Origin: Vulcanimicrobiota bacterium
Lineage (GTDB): Bacteria > Vulcanimicrobiota > Vulcanimicrobiia > Vulcanimicrobiales > Vulcanimicrobiaceae
Assembly: GCA_963714015.1 (NCBI GenBank)
Contig: OY970223.1
Span: 2,720,001-2,784,000, forward strand
Direction of reading: 5' to 3'
Length of the DNA stretch: 64,000 nt
Shown: piece by piece, positions 52,939-62,354 of the stretch
How positions within the stretch are numbered: position 1 is the stretch's first letter
How the letters are laid out: every line of letters begins with the position of its first letter
Notes under the pieces: generated by a model
What the model was told of the DNA's origin: nothing
Database searches by the model: none
What the model saw: only the letters and a program-made list of their open reading frames with translations
Translations under genes and position numbers: made by a program

Positions 52939-53960
52939 CGTACAAGGTCGGTCTGGTTGGTTCCGGGTTCGGAGTACGCGCGCACTTGCCCGCGTATAAC
53001 GCTCATCCGCAATTCGAAGTCGTCGCCATCGCTTCGCCGCATAGCGCCGCCGGGATCGCCAAACAACGCGGAATCGCGTCTTTCACATCGTGCGCGGAAC
53101 TGCTGAGCGAGGCCGACGTCGATATCGTCGACGTCTCGGCGCCGCCGTTCACGCACCACCGCGACGTTCTCGACGCACTCGCTGCCGGTAAGCACGTCAT
53201 TTGCGAGAAGCCGTTTGCGCTCAACGTCGCTCAAGCGCAAGAGATGGCCGCAGCCGCGAGCGCTTCGGGCAAAGCCACGGCCGTCATGCACGAGTTCCGC
53301 TGGGTTCCGCAGCGAATGGCAATCAAGGAATTGATCGTCAACGAGCATCTTACGCCGCTGCGTGAGATAGAGATCGTTCAATTGAGCACGAATCTTCGCG
53401 CCGAAGATACCTCCCGACCGCGAGGATGGTGGTTCGAGCGTGAACGAGGCGGAGGTATGGCCGGCGCGCTGCTCTCACACGCGATCGACTGCGCCACCTG
53501 GTGGGCCGGACGGCCGCCCGTTCGCAGCACGGGGTATCTGCGCACCGCAAATCCGGAGCGCCGCGACAGTGAGGGTCAATTCACCAGCACGTCGGACGAC
53601 GGGGCATTCGCGCTGGTCGACTACGGCGACGGCCTCGTCGCGCGGCTTTGCGTCGATGGAACGGTTGCGGTCGAATCAGCGACGTACGCAGCGCACGCCG
53701 AAAATCGCACGGCGGTCGCGAGCGGACTCAGCGCAATCGATCTGCGCCTGTTCAGCGTCGATACCGACGAGACGGCGGAGTTGGAGTGCAAGCCCTCGCC
53801 CTACCAAAAGTTTGCGGCCGTCGATCCGCTGGTTCCCCTCGTCATGCAGCTGCTGGACGAATTCCTCAAGCAAATCGAAACCGGCGCCGGCGACGTACCG
53901 ACCTTCGCCGAAGCCGTCGAAACGCAAAAGGTTCTGGAATCGATCGGCTACGCGACGTAG
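52935..53960 (+). CDS. Gfo/Idh/MocA oxidoreductase
   Basis: KVGLVGSGFG, GKHVICEKP, SHAID; own GAGGAG RBS. Confidence 0.9.
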   Translation: MTYKVGLVGSGFGVRAHLPAYNAHPQFEVVAIASPHSAAGIAKQRGIASFTSCAELLSEADVDIVDVSAPPFTHHRDVLDALAAGKHVICEKPFALNVAQAQEMAAAASASGKATAVMHEFRWVPQRMAIKELIVNEHLTPLREIEIVQLSTNLRAEDTSRPRGWWFERERGGGMAGALLSHAIDCATWWAGRPPVRSTGYLRTANPERRDSEGQFTSTSDDGAFALVDYGDGLVARLCVDGTVAVESATYAAHAENRTAVASGLSAIDLRLFSVDTDETAELECKPSPYQKFAAVDPLVPLVMQLLDEFLKQIETGAGDVPTFAEAVETQKVLESIGYAT

Positions 53961-53987
53961 CACGCGCGGCGCGTGCCGTCATCGCGG

Positions 53988-55661
53988 TTACGGATAAACG
54001 GGATCGTGAAGGGCCGCAGCCATTGCGCGATAGACGTCGAGCTCGCCGCAGCCTTGGTGATCGGCGTCGGGTGCTGAAGTCAGCAATGGACGAGCGCTCG
54101 CGCACAGCAGATTGCTGATTGTCGCCGGATCGTCGGGAACGCCTGCGCTCAAAAGCAGCGCTGCGGCTCCGGCGACGTGCGGTGCGGCCTGCGATGTCCC
54201 AATCAGCGACGCGCGGCAATCGATGAGGTTTCCATTGGGATCGGGCGTGCAGTTCGCGCCGCCCGATGCTGTAGAGGAGTAGATGTTTTCGACCCAATGG
54301 AGGTTGTCGACGTCACCGCAGTTCGCGCCTTCGAGTTCCATCACGCACGAATCTCCTCCGGGCGCGATCAAACCCCAAGAATGCGAGTTCGCATTGTAAT
54401 TTGAGTAAGAGGCAACCTTCAAAAAGACGTTCGCCGGATTGGCGTCGTCGATGGCTGAGGAGCCCACGGCAATGACACCCGGATCTGCCGCCGGATATGA
54501 GAGGGCCGGATTTCCGAGGCCCGTGCTGGAGTTCCCGTTGCCCGCCGCTGCGACGACGACGACCTTTTGCGCAATCGCATTCTCGACCGCAGTTTCTTCA
54601 TCGCCGGCCTGTTCGTCGGCGCCCAAGCTCATGTTGATGACTTTCGCCCCGTGGCTCACCGCGTCGGTTACTGCGACGGCAATGTCTGCACTCGAGGCGG
54701 AACATTCGCCGTTCTGGCACGGCGGGTTGGGAAACACTTTGAAGATCATCAACGGTGCGTTGTATGCAACCCCCGCAAAACCGATGCCGTTGTTGGCAGT
54801 CGCTGCCGCAATGCCGGTAACGTTCGTTCCATGCCCATCATCGTCGTGCATCGCGGCCGTTCCGGGCGTCACCACGTCGTTCAACACTTGCTCGGCGTAG
54901 ATGATGCGGCTTGCCGGTTGCAAATCGGGATGCGTCAAGTCCGCGCCGGTGTCGATAATGGCGATGGGGAAAGCAGCGCTGCCGCCGGCGGCTCCGGGAT
55001 GTGCGACGCCGGTGCCGTTGGACGGATCGGCATATCCCCATGCGTCCGGCGCACAGATCACGTGCAGATCCCACTGCCCTTCCGAGCTGGGATTCTCGTA
55101 AAGCGGCGGCTCGTTCGAAGGCGCGAAACCGAGCTCGTACGGATCTTGCGTAAAGGCCGGACTGGAAGATTCCAGGTGCCGGTAGACGGATTGTCCGGCC
55201 GAGAGCACGTCGGGATCCCGTTCGAACTGTGCAATGGCCGCTGTTTCGGAACCCGCCGCAACGCGAACGAATCGCATGACCTCATCCAGAGCCCGAAAAT
55301 CCAACGCCCCCGCCGGCAGCGAGCCTTTCATACGCGTCAAGTAACCGCGCCGCTCGTACGTGACGAAAATGGAACCGGGAACGAATCCGCGATCGTGAGG
55401 CGCTGCCAAACGGCGCGTAATTAGCCGCGCGCCGAATGCGGCTGAGCGGTAGCGCGACTGGGCGGTCGGATTGCTTTCGCCGTCGCAGTTTATTGCCGAG
55501 GACGCAATTGCCGGTGCCACCGCGATCGCCGGCTGCGGCGTTCCGGCCGGAACGCTTATGGATGCAGGGACGTTTGAGCTGCCTCCGCCGCCGCATCCTG
55601 CCGCTGCAAGCAGAGCGATCAATGCCGCCCCGCGACCTGCACCGGTTCCGCGCCGTTTCAC
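53988..55661 (-). CDS. S8 subtilase lipoprotein (copy 3)
   Basis: Lipobox AAGC; IIDTG, GHGT, AAAGN, GTSQAAPHV. Confidence 0.93.
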   Translation of the reverse strand: MKRRGTGAGRGAALIALLAAAGCGGGGSSNVPASISVPAGTPQPAIAVAPAIASSAINCDGESNPTAQSRYRSAAFGARLITRRLAAPHDRGFVPGSIFVTYERRGYLTRMKGSLPAGALDFRALDEVMRFVRVAAGSETAAIAQFERDPDVLSAGQSVYRHLESSSPAFTQDPYELGFAPSNEPPLYENPSSEGQWDLHVICAPDAWGYADPSNGTGVAHPGAAGGSAAFPIAIIDTGADLTHPDLQPASRIIYAEQVLNDVVTPGTAAMHDDDGHGTNVTGIAAATANNGIGFAGVAYNAPLMIFKVFPNPPCQNGECSASSADIAVAVTDAVSHGAKVINMSLGADEQAGDEETAVENAIAQKVVVVAAAGNGNSSTGLGNPALSYPAADPGVIAVGSSAIDDANPANVFLKVASYSNYNANSHSWGLIAPGGDSCVMELEGANCGDVDNLHWVENIYSSTASGGANCTPDPNGNLIDCRASLIGTSQAAPHVAGAAALLLSAGVPDDPATISNLLCASARPLLTSAPDADHQGCGELDVYRAMAAALHDPVYP

Positions 55662-55700
55662 GTTTTCGTACGTCTCCCAAAGCAAATGGCAACGTGAAAC

Positions 55701-55789
55701 TGACCGGCAGCTCGCGCCGCCGGATCAGCGGCTCCGCCGGCTGAGTAGCATGCGAAAGGGCGGAGGCCGTTACGGCTCTTTCCCGCCCT
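55701..55789 (-). promoter_or_regulatory. Structured leader with two long hairpins
   Basis: AGGGCGG..CCGCCCT-TTC and CCGGCGG-GCCGCTG-ATC-CGGCGGC-CTGCCGG stems. Confidence 0.45.
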
Positions 55790-55832
55790 GAAGCTCTAGA
55801 AGGTTAGGACTGACGTACCTATGTGGCGTGAC

Positions 55833-57497
55833 TTACGGGTAGCTGGTATCTCCCAGCGTTTCCGCCATCGCGTGATAGACGTTGAGCTCGCCGCAGCCTT
55901 GATGTGACGCGTTCGTGTCCGATTGCTGAATGACCGTCGCCGAATTGCAGATAAGGCTCTGCATTGCGCTGGGGCTCTGTTGTGCGCCGGCGCTGAGCAG
56001 CAAAGCCACCGCGCCGGAAACATGCGGCGTTGCCTGCGAGGTCCCGATGATCAAGATGCGACAGTCGACTGTCGAGTTCTGGCTCTGAAAGTCGGGCGTG
56101 CACGAACCGGGCTGAGAGGCCGTGCTGGAGTAAATATTTTCGATCCAGTGCAGATCGTCGGTATCGGCGCAGTTCGTGCTGGACGGCGTGTTCGGACAGG
56201 CGTCGCCGCCGGGCGCAACTACGCCCCAGCTATTCGAATTCGGTTCGTAGTTCGAATACGAGGCGACCTTGAGATTTGGGCTGGACGCATTCGTGTCGTC
56301 GATCGCTGAAGCGCCGACGGCGATGACGCCCGGATCCGCTGCGGGGTAGTCCAGAGTCGGCTGGGCAATGCCGGTATTCGAATCGCCATTACCCGCCGCA
56401 GCCACTACCACGACGTTTGCCGCGATCGCATTGGCGACCGCACTTTCCTCATCGCCTGCAGCCGAGCTGCCGCCCAAGCTGAGGTTAATGACGTTGGCCC
56501 CGTTCGTCACCGCGTCGTTTATTGCGGTCGCGATATCGGATGTTGAAGCGGTACATCCGCCGCTGCCGCATTGCGACGGATCCTGGAAGACTTTGAAAAT
56601 CATGAGCGACGCATTGTAAGCAACCCCGGCAAAGCCTAGTCCATTGTTGCCCGTTGCGGCGGCGATTCCGGCGACGTCCGTTCCGTGACCGTCGTCGTCG
56701 TGCATCGACGCAATACCCGTCGTCACCTGACCGTTCACGACTTGCTCTGCAAACGCAATGCGGCTTGAAGCCGGTTGAAGCTCGGGATGGGTGAGGTCGG
56801 CGCCGGTATCGACAATCGCGATCTTTATGCCGGCACTTCCTCCGGCAGCCGCCGGCTGCGCGGTGCCCGTACTATTCGACGCGCTGGAATAGCCCCACGC
56901 GTCGGGTGCGCATACCACGTGGAGATCCCACTGGCCCGGCGTGCTCGCGCCTTCGTACAGCGGCGGCACGTTGTCGGGAGAAAATCCGACGGCGTACGGA
57001 TCGTTGGTATAGACGGGCGTTGCCGAGTCCAGATGACGGTACGCCGAACGGCCCACCGACAACACACCCGGAGACGTCCGCAGCGATGCCATCGCGGAAG
57101 CTTCCGTTCCGGGACGCACGTGAAGAATTTGAACCACTTTGCCGATGTGCGCAAAGTCCAGTTCCTTGACGACTTGTCCGCCGTAGCGTGCAGCGCTCCG
57201 CGTCAAGACCGCGCGCTTGGCTTGATAGAGCGCCCGATCGTAGGTGACCGTGATTGCGCCGGGTATGTAGCCGGATTCGAGCGCCGAAATTCGCGCGCGC
57301 CCGCGGCGCGCCGTCCTCATCTCGAAATTCGCCGCCAAACGCGCCTGCGGGGCGGTTGGATTTGACTGGTTGCAGAGAATGCCCACGGAGCCCGGAGGAG
57401 GGGTCGGCGTAACGTTGGTGCTTCCGCCGCAGGCCGAAAGAGCCGCAGTTGCTCCCATCATCGCAAGCACTTGAAACCCGAGTCTATGTCCGATCAT
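55833..57497 (-). CDS. S8 subtilase lipoprotein (copy 2)
   Basis: Lipobox LSAC; IVDTG, GHGT, GTSQATPHV. Confidence 0.93.
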   Translation of the reverse strand: MIGHRLGFQVLAMMGATAALSACGGSTNVTPTPPPGSVGILCNQSNPTAPQARLAANFEMRTARRGRARISALESGYIPGAITVTYDRALYQAKRAVLTRSAARYGGQVVKELDFAHIGKVVQILHVRPGTEASAMASLRTSPGVLSVGRSAYRHLDSATPVYTNDPYAVGFSPDNVPPLYEGASTPGQWDLHVVCAPDAWGYSSASNSTGTAQPAAAGGSAGIKIAIVDTGADLTHPELQPASSRIAFAEQVVNGQVTTGIASMHDDDGHGTDVAGIAAATGNNGLGFAGVAYNASLMIFKVFQDPSQCGSGGCTASTSDIATAINDAVTNGANVINLSLGGSSAAGDEESAVANAIAANVVVVAAAGNGDSNTGIAQPTLDYPAADPGVIAVGASAIDDTNASSPNLKVASYSNYEPNSNSWGVVAPGGDACPNTPSSTNCADTDDLHWIENIYSSTASQPGSCTPDFQSQNSTVDCRILIIGTSQATPHVSGAVALLLSAGAQQSPSAMQSLICNSATVIQQSDTNASHQGCGELNVYHAMAETLGDTSYP

Positions 57498-57510
57498 CCG
57501 GGATTCTCCC

Positions 57511-57548
57511 AAATAAGAAAGTGGCCGACAGGCATCGGCCACCTTCTT
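57511..57548 (-). terminator. Intrinsic terminator directly upstream of the RBS of S8 copy 2
   Basis: AAGAAGGTGGCCGA-loop-TCGGCCACTTTCTT-ATTT. Confidence 0.75.
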
Positions 57549-57599
57549 GTTCGTCACGCGGGCTACTGACCCGCTAGGCACGGTTAAGAACGCGTGAGA

Positions 57600-59187
57600 T
57601 TACTGAGTCATTGCGTAGTTGACCGCGTTTGCGGCGTCGACTCTGCCGCAACCGGCCTTCGGATCGGGACTCGAGACGCTGGGTATCTTGTCTGCGGTCG
57701 AGCAGAGTCCGGTTACAACCTGAGCTGGGGTGAGGTTTGGATTGATGCTGAGCATGAGCGAAACGACGCCCGCGACATGCGGAGTTGATTGCGACGTTCC
57801 TTCGTAGAGCGCCTCGCAGTCGGTTTGTAGTGCCTGGTCTTCGCCGCAGTACGGATCGTTTGCAATCTCGCTTGACGTAATGTTCGCAATCCAGTGCAGA
57901 TTGTCGGAATCGCCGTTTCCGGAGATGTTGCCGCCGGGGGCGACGAGGTACGTTCCGCCGTCACTCCGCGGCGTCGTCGTGTAGTCGGAATAGGCTGACG
58001 CGAAGACTTCCGTAGGCGGATTAGTAGCGTCGTTCAAACCAGACGCTCCGACCGCAACCACTCCGGGATATGCGGCAGGACAGCCCAAGTTACCCTGACC
58101 GTCGTTGCCCGCAGCAGCAACGACCACGACGCCGGCCTTGATCGCGTTTTCGACCGCCGTTTCTTCAATTTGGTCTTGGCATTGCGAGAGCGGACCGGTT
58201 GCACCGAGACTGAGATTGATGACTTTTGCACTGTTCGCCACGGCGTCGTTGATCGCGCTTACCTCGTCGACGTCGGTGGACTGGCACTGTGCCGGCGGAT
58301 TCGAAACTTCGCAGCCGCTACTCGGATCGGTCGGAAATATGCGATAGGCCAGGAGCGGCGCATCCCAAGCGACGCCGGCAAACCCGAAGCCGTTGCCCGT
58401 ATCAGCATCAGCGATACCGGCAACGTTCGTACCGTGACCGTCGGTGTCGGTAACGTACGGGCCGGTCGTCTGCGGATTGTTGCTCGGATACGTGACGAAG
58501 CACTCGGTGCGGACAATCTTTCCGCCGCTCAAGTCCTGCAGCGTCACGTCGACGCCGGTATCGATCACGGCGATCGGCGCGCCGATGATGGGTGCGCTCG
58601 GGAAGAGGTTCCATGCACCCTGCACGTTCATCGCATGCAAGTCCCATTGACCGAGCAGGCTGCTCGTTTCCCAATAGGGACTGCTCGTACCGGGCAGGCC
58701 GGCATAGAACGGGTCATTGGCTATGTTGTTGGACAACCGGTGCCGGTACTGCGCTTGCTCGACGGATTTCACACCCGCGGTTTGGCGAAGATGCGCGATC
58801 GCTGCTGATTCTCGCGAAGGATCCACCGCGAAGGTGCGCGAGCGCAACCCGAGACCGTTGAACTGAACTTCCGGCCGCGTCTGCAGCGCATACGAAGCCG
58901 CGGCGCGTTCTATCGAATCGCTCGACGCGTCGCTTGCGTACGTTACGGTAATCAAGCCCGGCACATAGCGGGCGGTCTTAGCAACCAGCGTCGTGGCGCC
59001 ATGGCGCGAAATACCGGCCGCGCGCCGGTTCAAGCTGGAAGGAGAACTGCCCGTCGTCGGACAGGCGTCCGGATTGGGAGTCGGCGTCGCAGTGGGCGTC
59101 GGAGTGGGGCTGCCGCCTCCGCCGCACGCCGACAGCACCAGCGAACCGAGGAGCAATACGAGACAAAAATCGAGAGGGACGCTTCAC
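57600..59187 (-). CDS. S8 subtilase lipoprotein (copy 1); probable indel ~59165
   Basis: Lipobox LSAC; VIDTG, GHGT, GTSQSTPHV; AAGGA RBS before an out-of-frame GTG at 59187. Confidence 0.9.
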
Positions 59188-59231
59188 AGTCAGTTCCTTT
59201 TACCTTGCAAGGGGTTAGAACGAAAACGCTA

Positions 59232-60480
59232 TTAGTCGATCAAATGTTTCCACAGCAAGGCTAGGCTTGCCGTCCGGGCGCGGCCTTGCACGGCCGCCCG
59301 GTCGCCGGGAAGGGTCATTCGAACCGCCCGGCCCACGCCCTCGCCCGCTAGACCGACGTAGACTAGGCCGACGGGTTTCTCTATACTTCCTCCGTCCGGG
59401 CCCGCAATACCCGTTGTCGCCAGACCCAGAGCGGCCCCAAGCCGCTGCCGGGCACCCTCGGCCATTTCGATTGCGGTCTGCTCGCTCACAGCGCCGTGGC
59501 TTGAGAGCGTCTCATCCTTCACCCCGAGCATTCCCATCTTTATGCGGTTGTCGTATGCGACGATGCCGCCGACGAAGCTCTTGGACGATCCGGGAACGGA
59601 CGTCAGCGCTGCGCAGATCGCCCCGCCGGTACATGACTCGGCGACCGCCAGGGTACGGCGCGATTCTTGAAGCAGCGCGTGAATGGCGCCCGGCAACGTC
59701 TGATCGTCGACCCCATAGACGTGTCCGCTGAGCCGGCGAACGATCTCGTGCTCGACCGGCGCGATCATTGCCCGCGCTTCTTCTTCGGACGAAGCCTTCG
59801 CCATAATCTTGACGTCGCAGCGGAAGTCGTGGGCAAGCACGGCGATCTTCGGATTTTCGAGCGAGCGGAATAATTCGTCGATGCGCCGATCGATCTCCGA
59901 TTCACCGATTCTTACGGTATGCAGAACGCGCGTATGAATCGCTTCGGTGAGCGCGAACCGCCCTCGCAGCCACGGCACCAAACGATCCGCCAGCATCGGC
60001 TGCATCTCGCGCGGCACACCCGGCATACTCGCGATGAATTTTTCGTTCCGCCCGAGGGCGATAAATCCGGGGGCAGTACCGTGTGGATTCTCCATCACGA
60101 TCGATCCCGCCGGCAGCATCGCTTGGCGGACGTTGTTTTCGGGCATGTCGTAGCCGAAGTGCTTGAACCGTTCGCGCATCGCTGCAAGCGACGGCTCGTG
60201 CAGTTCCGCCGTTAGGGCGAGCGCATCGCAGACCGCTTCTTTCGTGAGATCGTCGATTGTCGGTCCGAGTCCGCCCGTCGTGATTATCCCTCCGGCGCGG
60301 TCGAGTGCCGCGCGCAGCACGTTCGCAATACGTTGGCGATTATCACCGACGGCGTGCGTTCCGTACACGTCCATTCCGATCGAAGACAAAACGCTCGCGA
60401 TGTGCGGTGTATTCGTATCCACGAGCTGCCCGAGCAGCAGCTCCCGTTCCGATTGCAACGATCTCGACGCTGGCGCTCAT
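59232..60480 (-). CDS. cinA: Competence/damage-inducible CinA (MocF + PncC), frameshift ~60445
   Basis: EIVAIGT/ELLLGQ, TGGLGPTIDDLT, AESCTGG, TGIAGPDGG. Confidence 0.93.
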
Positions 60481-60482
60481 TG

Positions 60483-61346
60483 CTAAAAGTCGACGGGCCG
60501 CAAGTAAAATTCGTTGATCGCGGTGTTGGTGAGCATCGCCGTCGTCGGGAGATGACGCTTCCAGTGCGTGCCGTCCAAACGACGGCGCACGAGTTCCACG
60601 TCGGCACGTACGAACCCGCGCTCGACGAGCTGCGCGTCGGAATAGCCTTCGAGCATTCGCGCTAAGATTGCGTCAGCTTTTGCGTACGTGATCCCCAAAT
60701 CGCCCTCGTCGGTTTGTCCCGCTTCGAGATCGGCACTGGGCGCCTTGTCTATGAGCGGCGCAGGCACGCCCAGGTGTCTTGCCAGCCCCCACACCTGCGT
60801 CTTGTACAAATCGCCTATGGGATTGACCGGGGGCGTGTCGTCGGCGTGCCAAGTGAAGTATCCCAGCAGCCGCTCCGTCTTATTCCCGGTTCCAATCGGC
60901 AGCGCGTTATATTTTGCCGATTGATCGAATAGCACCACCATGCGAACTCGCGCCATGACGTTGCCGCGCCGCCGCGCATTTGCATCCGGTTCGTATTGCA
61001 AATAGCCCTCAACCGCGGCCGTAATCTCGATCGTCTCCTCCTGAATACCCAGCGCCTCGACCACCAGTCGCGCGTCTTCCAAACTGGCCGCGCTCGAGGT
61101 TGCGTACGGCATCCGGATCGCATGCACGTTTTTCGGACCGAGCGCCCGGGCGCACAAAAAAGCCGTCACAGCCGAATCGACGCCTCCCGAGACTCCGATC
61201 ACGGCGCGCCGAATATTCCGGCGCCCGATCAGTTCGTCTTGCAGAAACGCAATCAGCCACTCGGCAGTCACCGTTGGGTTGACGTGCGGCGGCCGGGTAA
61301 AGCTGTCGGCCGGTTCATGGATGACCGGCAGCACACGTCTCTCCAA
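60483..61346 (-). CDS. nadE: NAD+ synthetase (single domain)
   Basis: GVSGGVDS, GNVMARVRM, GTGNKTE, GDLYKTQV, KAPSADL. Confidence 0.95.
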   Translation of the reverse strand: MERRVLPVIHEPADSFTRPPHVNPTVTAEWLIAFLQDELIGRRNIRRAVIGVSGGVDSAVTAFLCARALGPKNVHAIRMPYATSSAASLEDARLVVEALGIQEETIEITAAVEGYLQYEPDANARRRGNVMARVRMVVLFDQSAKYNALPIGTGNKTERLLGYFTWHADDTPPVNPIGDLYKTQVWGLARHLGVPAPLIDKAPSADLEAGQTDEGDLGITYAKADAILARMLEGYSDAQLVERGFVRADVELVRRRLDGTHWKRHLPTTAMLTNTAINEFYLRPVDF

Positions 61347-61414
61347 TCACCTCGGGCCGTTTCTCAATCGAACGATGCGGCGATTTCAGCATTTTTATTT
61401 CGCGGGGTCTACTG

Positions 61415-61861
61415 TTAGTGACAATTGGCCGAAAGCAATCGGCGAATAGAACCATCTTTTTTCTGATCCGAAAGATAAAGCTTATCCAGGGAATCGGCGG
61501 TTACATCGAGAGATTCCGCCTTTGCGACTTCCTCTTCTGCATAACGAAACATCACGCACGCCTGCGGACGCTCCCGAACCTTCAGGTATGCATCGCCGGA
61601 GAATGTCGCAAACTTCGCGGCATCGAGCAAATCTTCGACTCTCGAGTCCATGAAGTGATGCGGCGAATCGGCGCATTCCGCGACCCTCGAAGACACTATA
61701 CGATACATATCGGCGGTATCGGACAAAGGAGGCGGCGTCCGGGATGGATAGTATCCATCAATTTCAATATGTTTCAGCGTCGACATTATCAAGGTACGGT
61801 TGCAGCGCGGGGACGCACTGGGAGTTGACACCAGGACCGAGAAAACTGCAGCAGCGAACAC
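61415..61861 (-). CDS. Hypothetical secreted Cys-containing protein
   Basis: Signal-like N-terminus, visibly more AT-rich, AGGA upstream. Confidence 0.6.
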   Translation of the reverse strand: MFAAAVFSVLVSTPSASPRCNRTLIMSTLKHIEIDGYYPSRTPPPLSDTADMYRIVSSRVAECADSPHHFMDSRVEDLLDAAKFATFSGDAYLKVRERPQACVMFRYAEEEVAKAESLDVTADSLDKLYLSDQKKDGSIRRLLSANCH

Positions 61862-61881
61862 GGAAATATTCCTAGCGCAGG

Positions 61882-62302
61882 CTAACGGCTGAGCATTTCT
61901 TGCGCCTTCGCGGCGCTAAGACCAATGCTCTCGAGAACAGCAGCATCCATTGCACCCCCTCCGGCGTAGAGAACGGTATAACTGTAACAGACTTTGACAC
62001 TGCGACGTGTTGCCATAAAGCGCTACGGCGGTCCCGCTGGCGCCTCCGTTAATTGTATAACCCACGAGAATCGCCGAGGTAGACACGAGGCAGTGATGTC
62101 CGGCTGGGCAGAGGCTAATCTCGGAATAGCTATCCCCGTACGAAATCGTGTCCTTGGCGTTCACCGTCATAAATTGGCGGATCGCGCTTTGAAGCGCGGC
62201 AGGGGGAGGCCCGGTAACAGCTATCGCAGGGGTGAGTGGCGAAAAGACGAGCATGATGCAGGCGAGAATACAAATGGTGATTCGGGAGATGGAAAGTTTC
62301 AT
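61882..62302 (-). CDS. Hypothetical secreted protein, probable frameshift ~61990
   Basis: Signal peptide, GGAAGG RBS; alternative frame gives YAGGGAMDAAVLESIGLSAAKAQEMLSR*. Confidence 0.6.
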
Positions 62303-62354
62303 CGTTCCGTTCCTTCCAATGGCAGCATCTTAGATGCGATACGGCGACAAATCA

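Noticed and set aside
51648..53960. 770-aa aminotransferase-oxidoreductase fusion ORF
   Set aside because: Removing one base near 52905 gives a normal C-terminus (HAVDVLEECL*) with an ATGA overlap and an RBS for the second gene; probably an indel artefact
61916..61990. Cys-rich RiPP/metallothionein-like tail GCNGCCCS
   Set aside because: The alternative frame gives a more protein-like ending just before the next gene; probably a frameshift product
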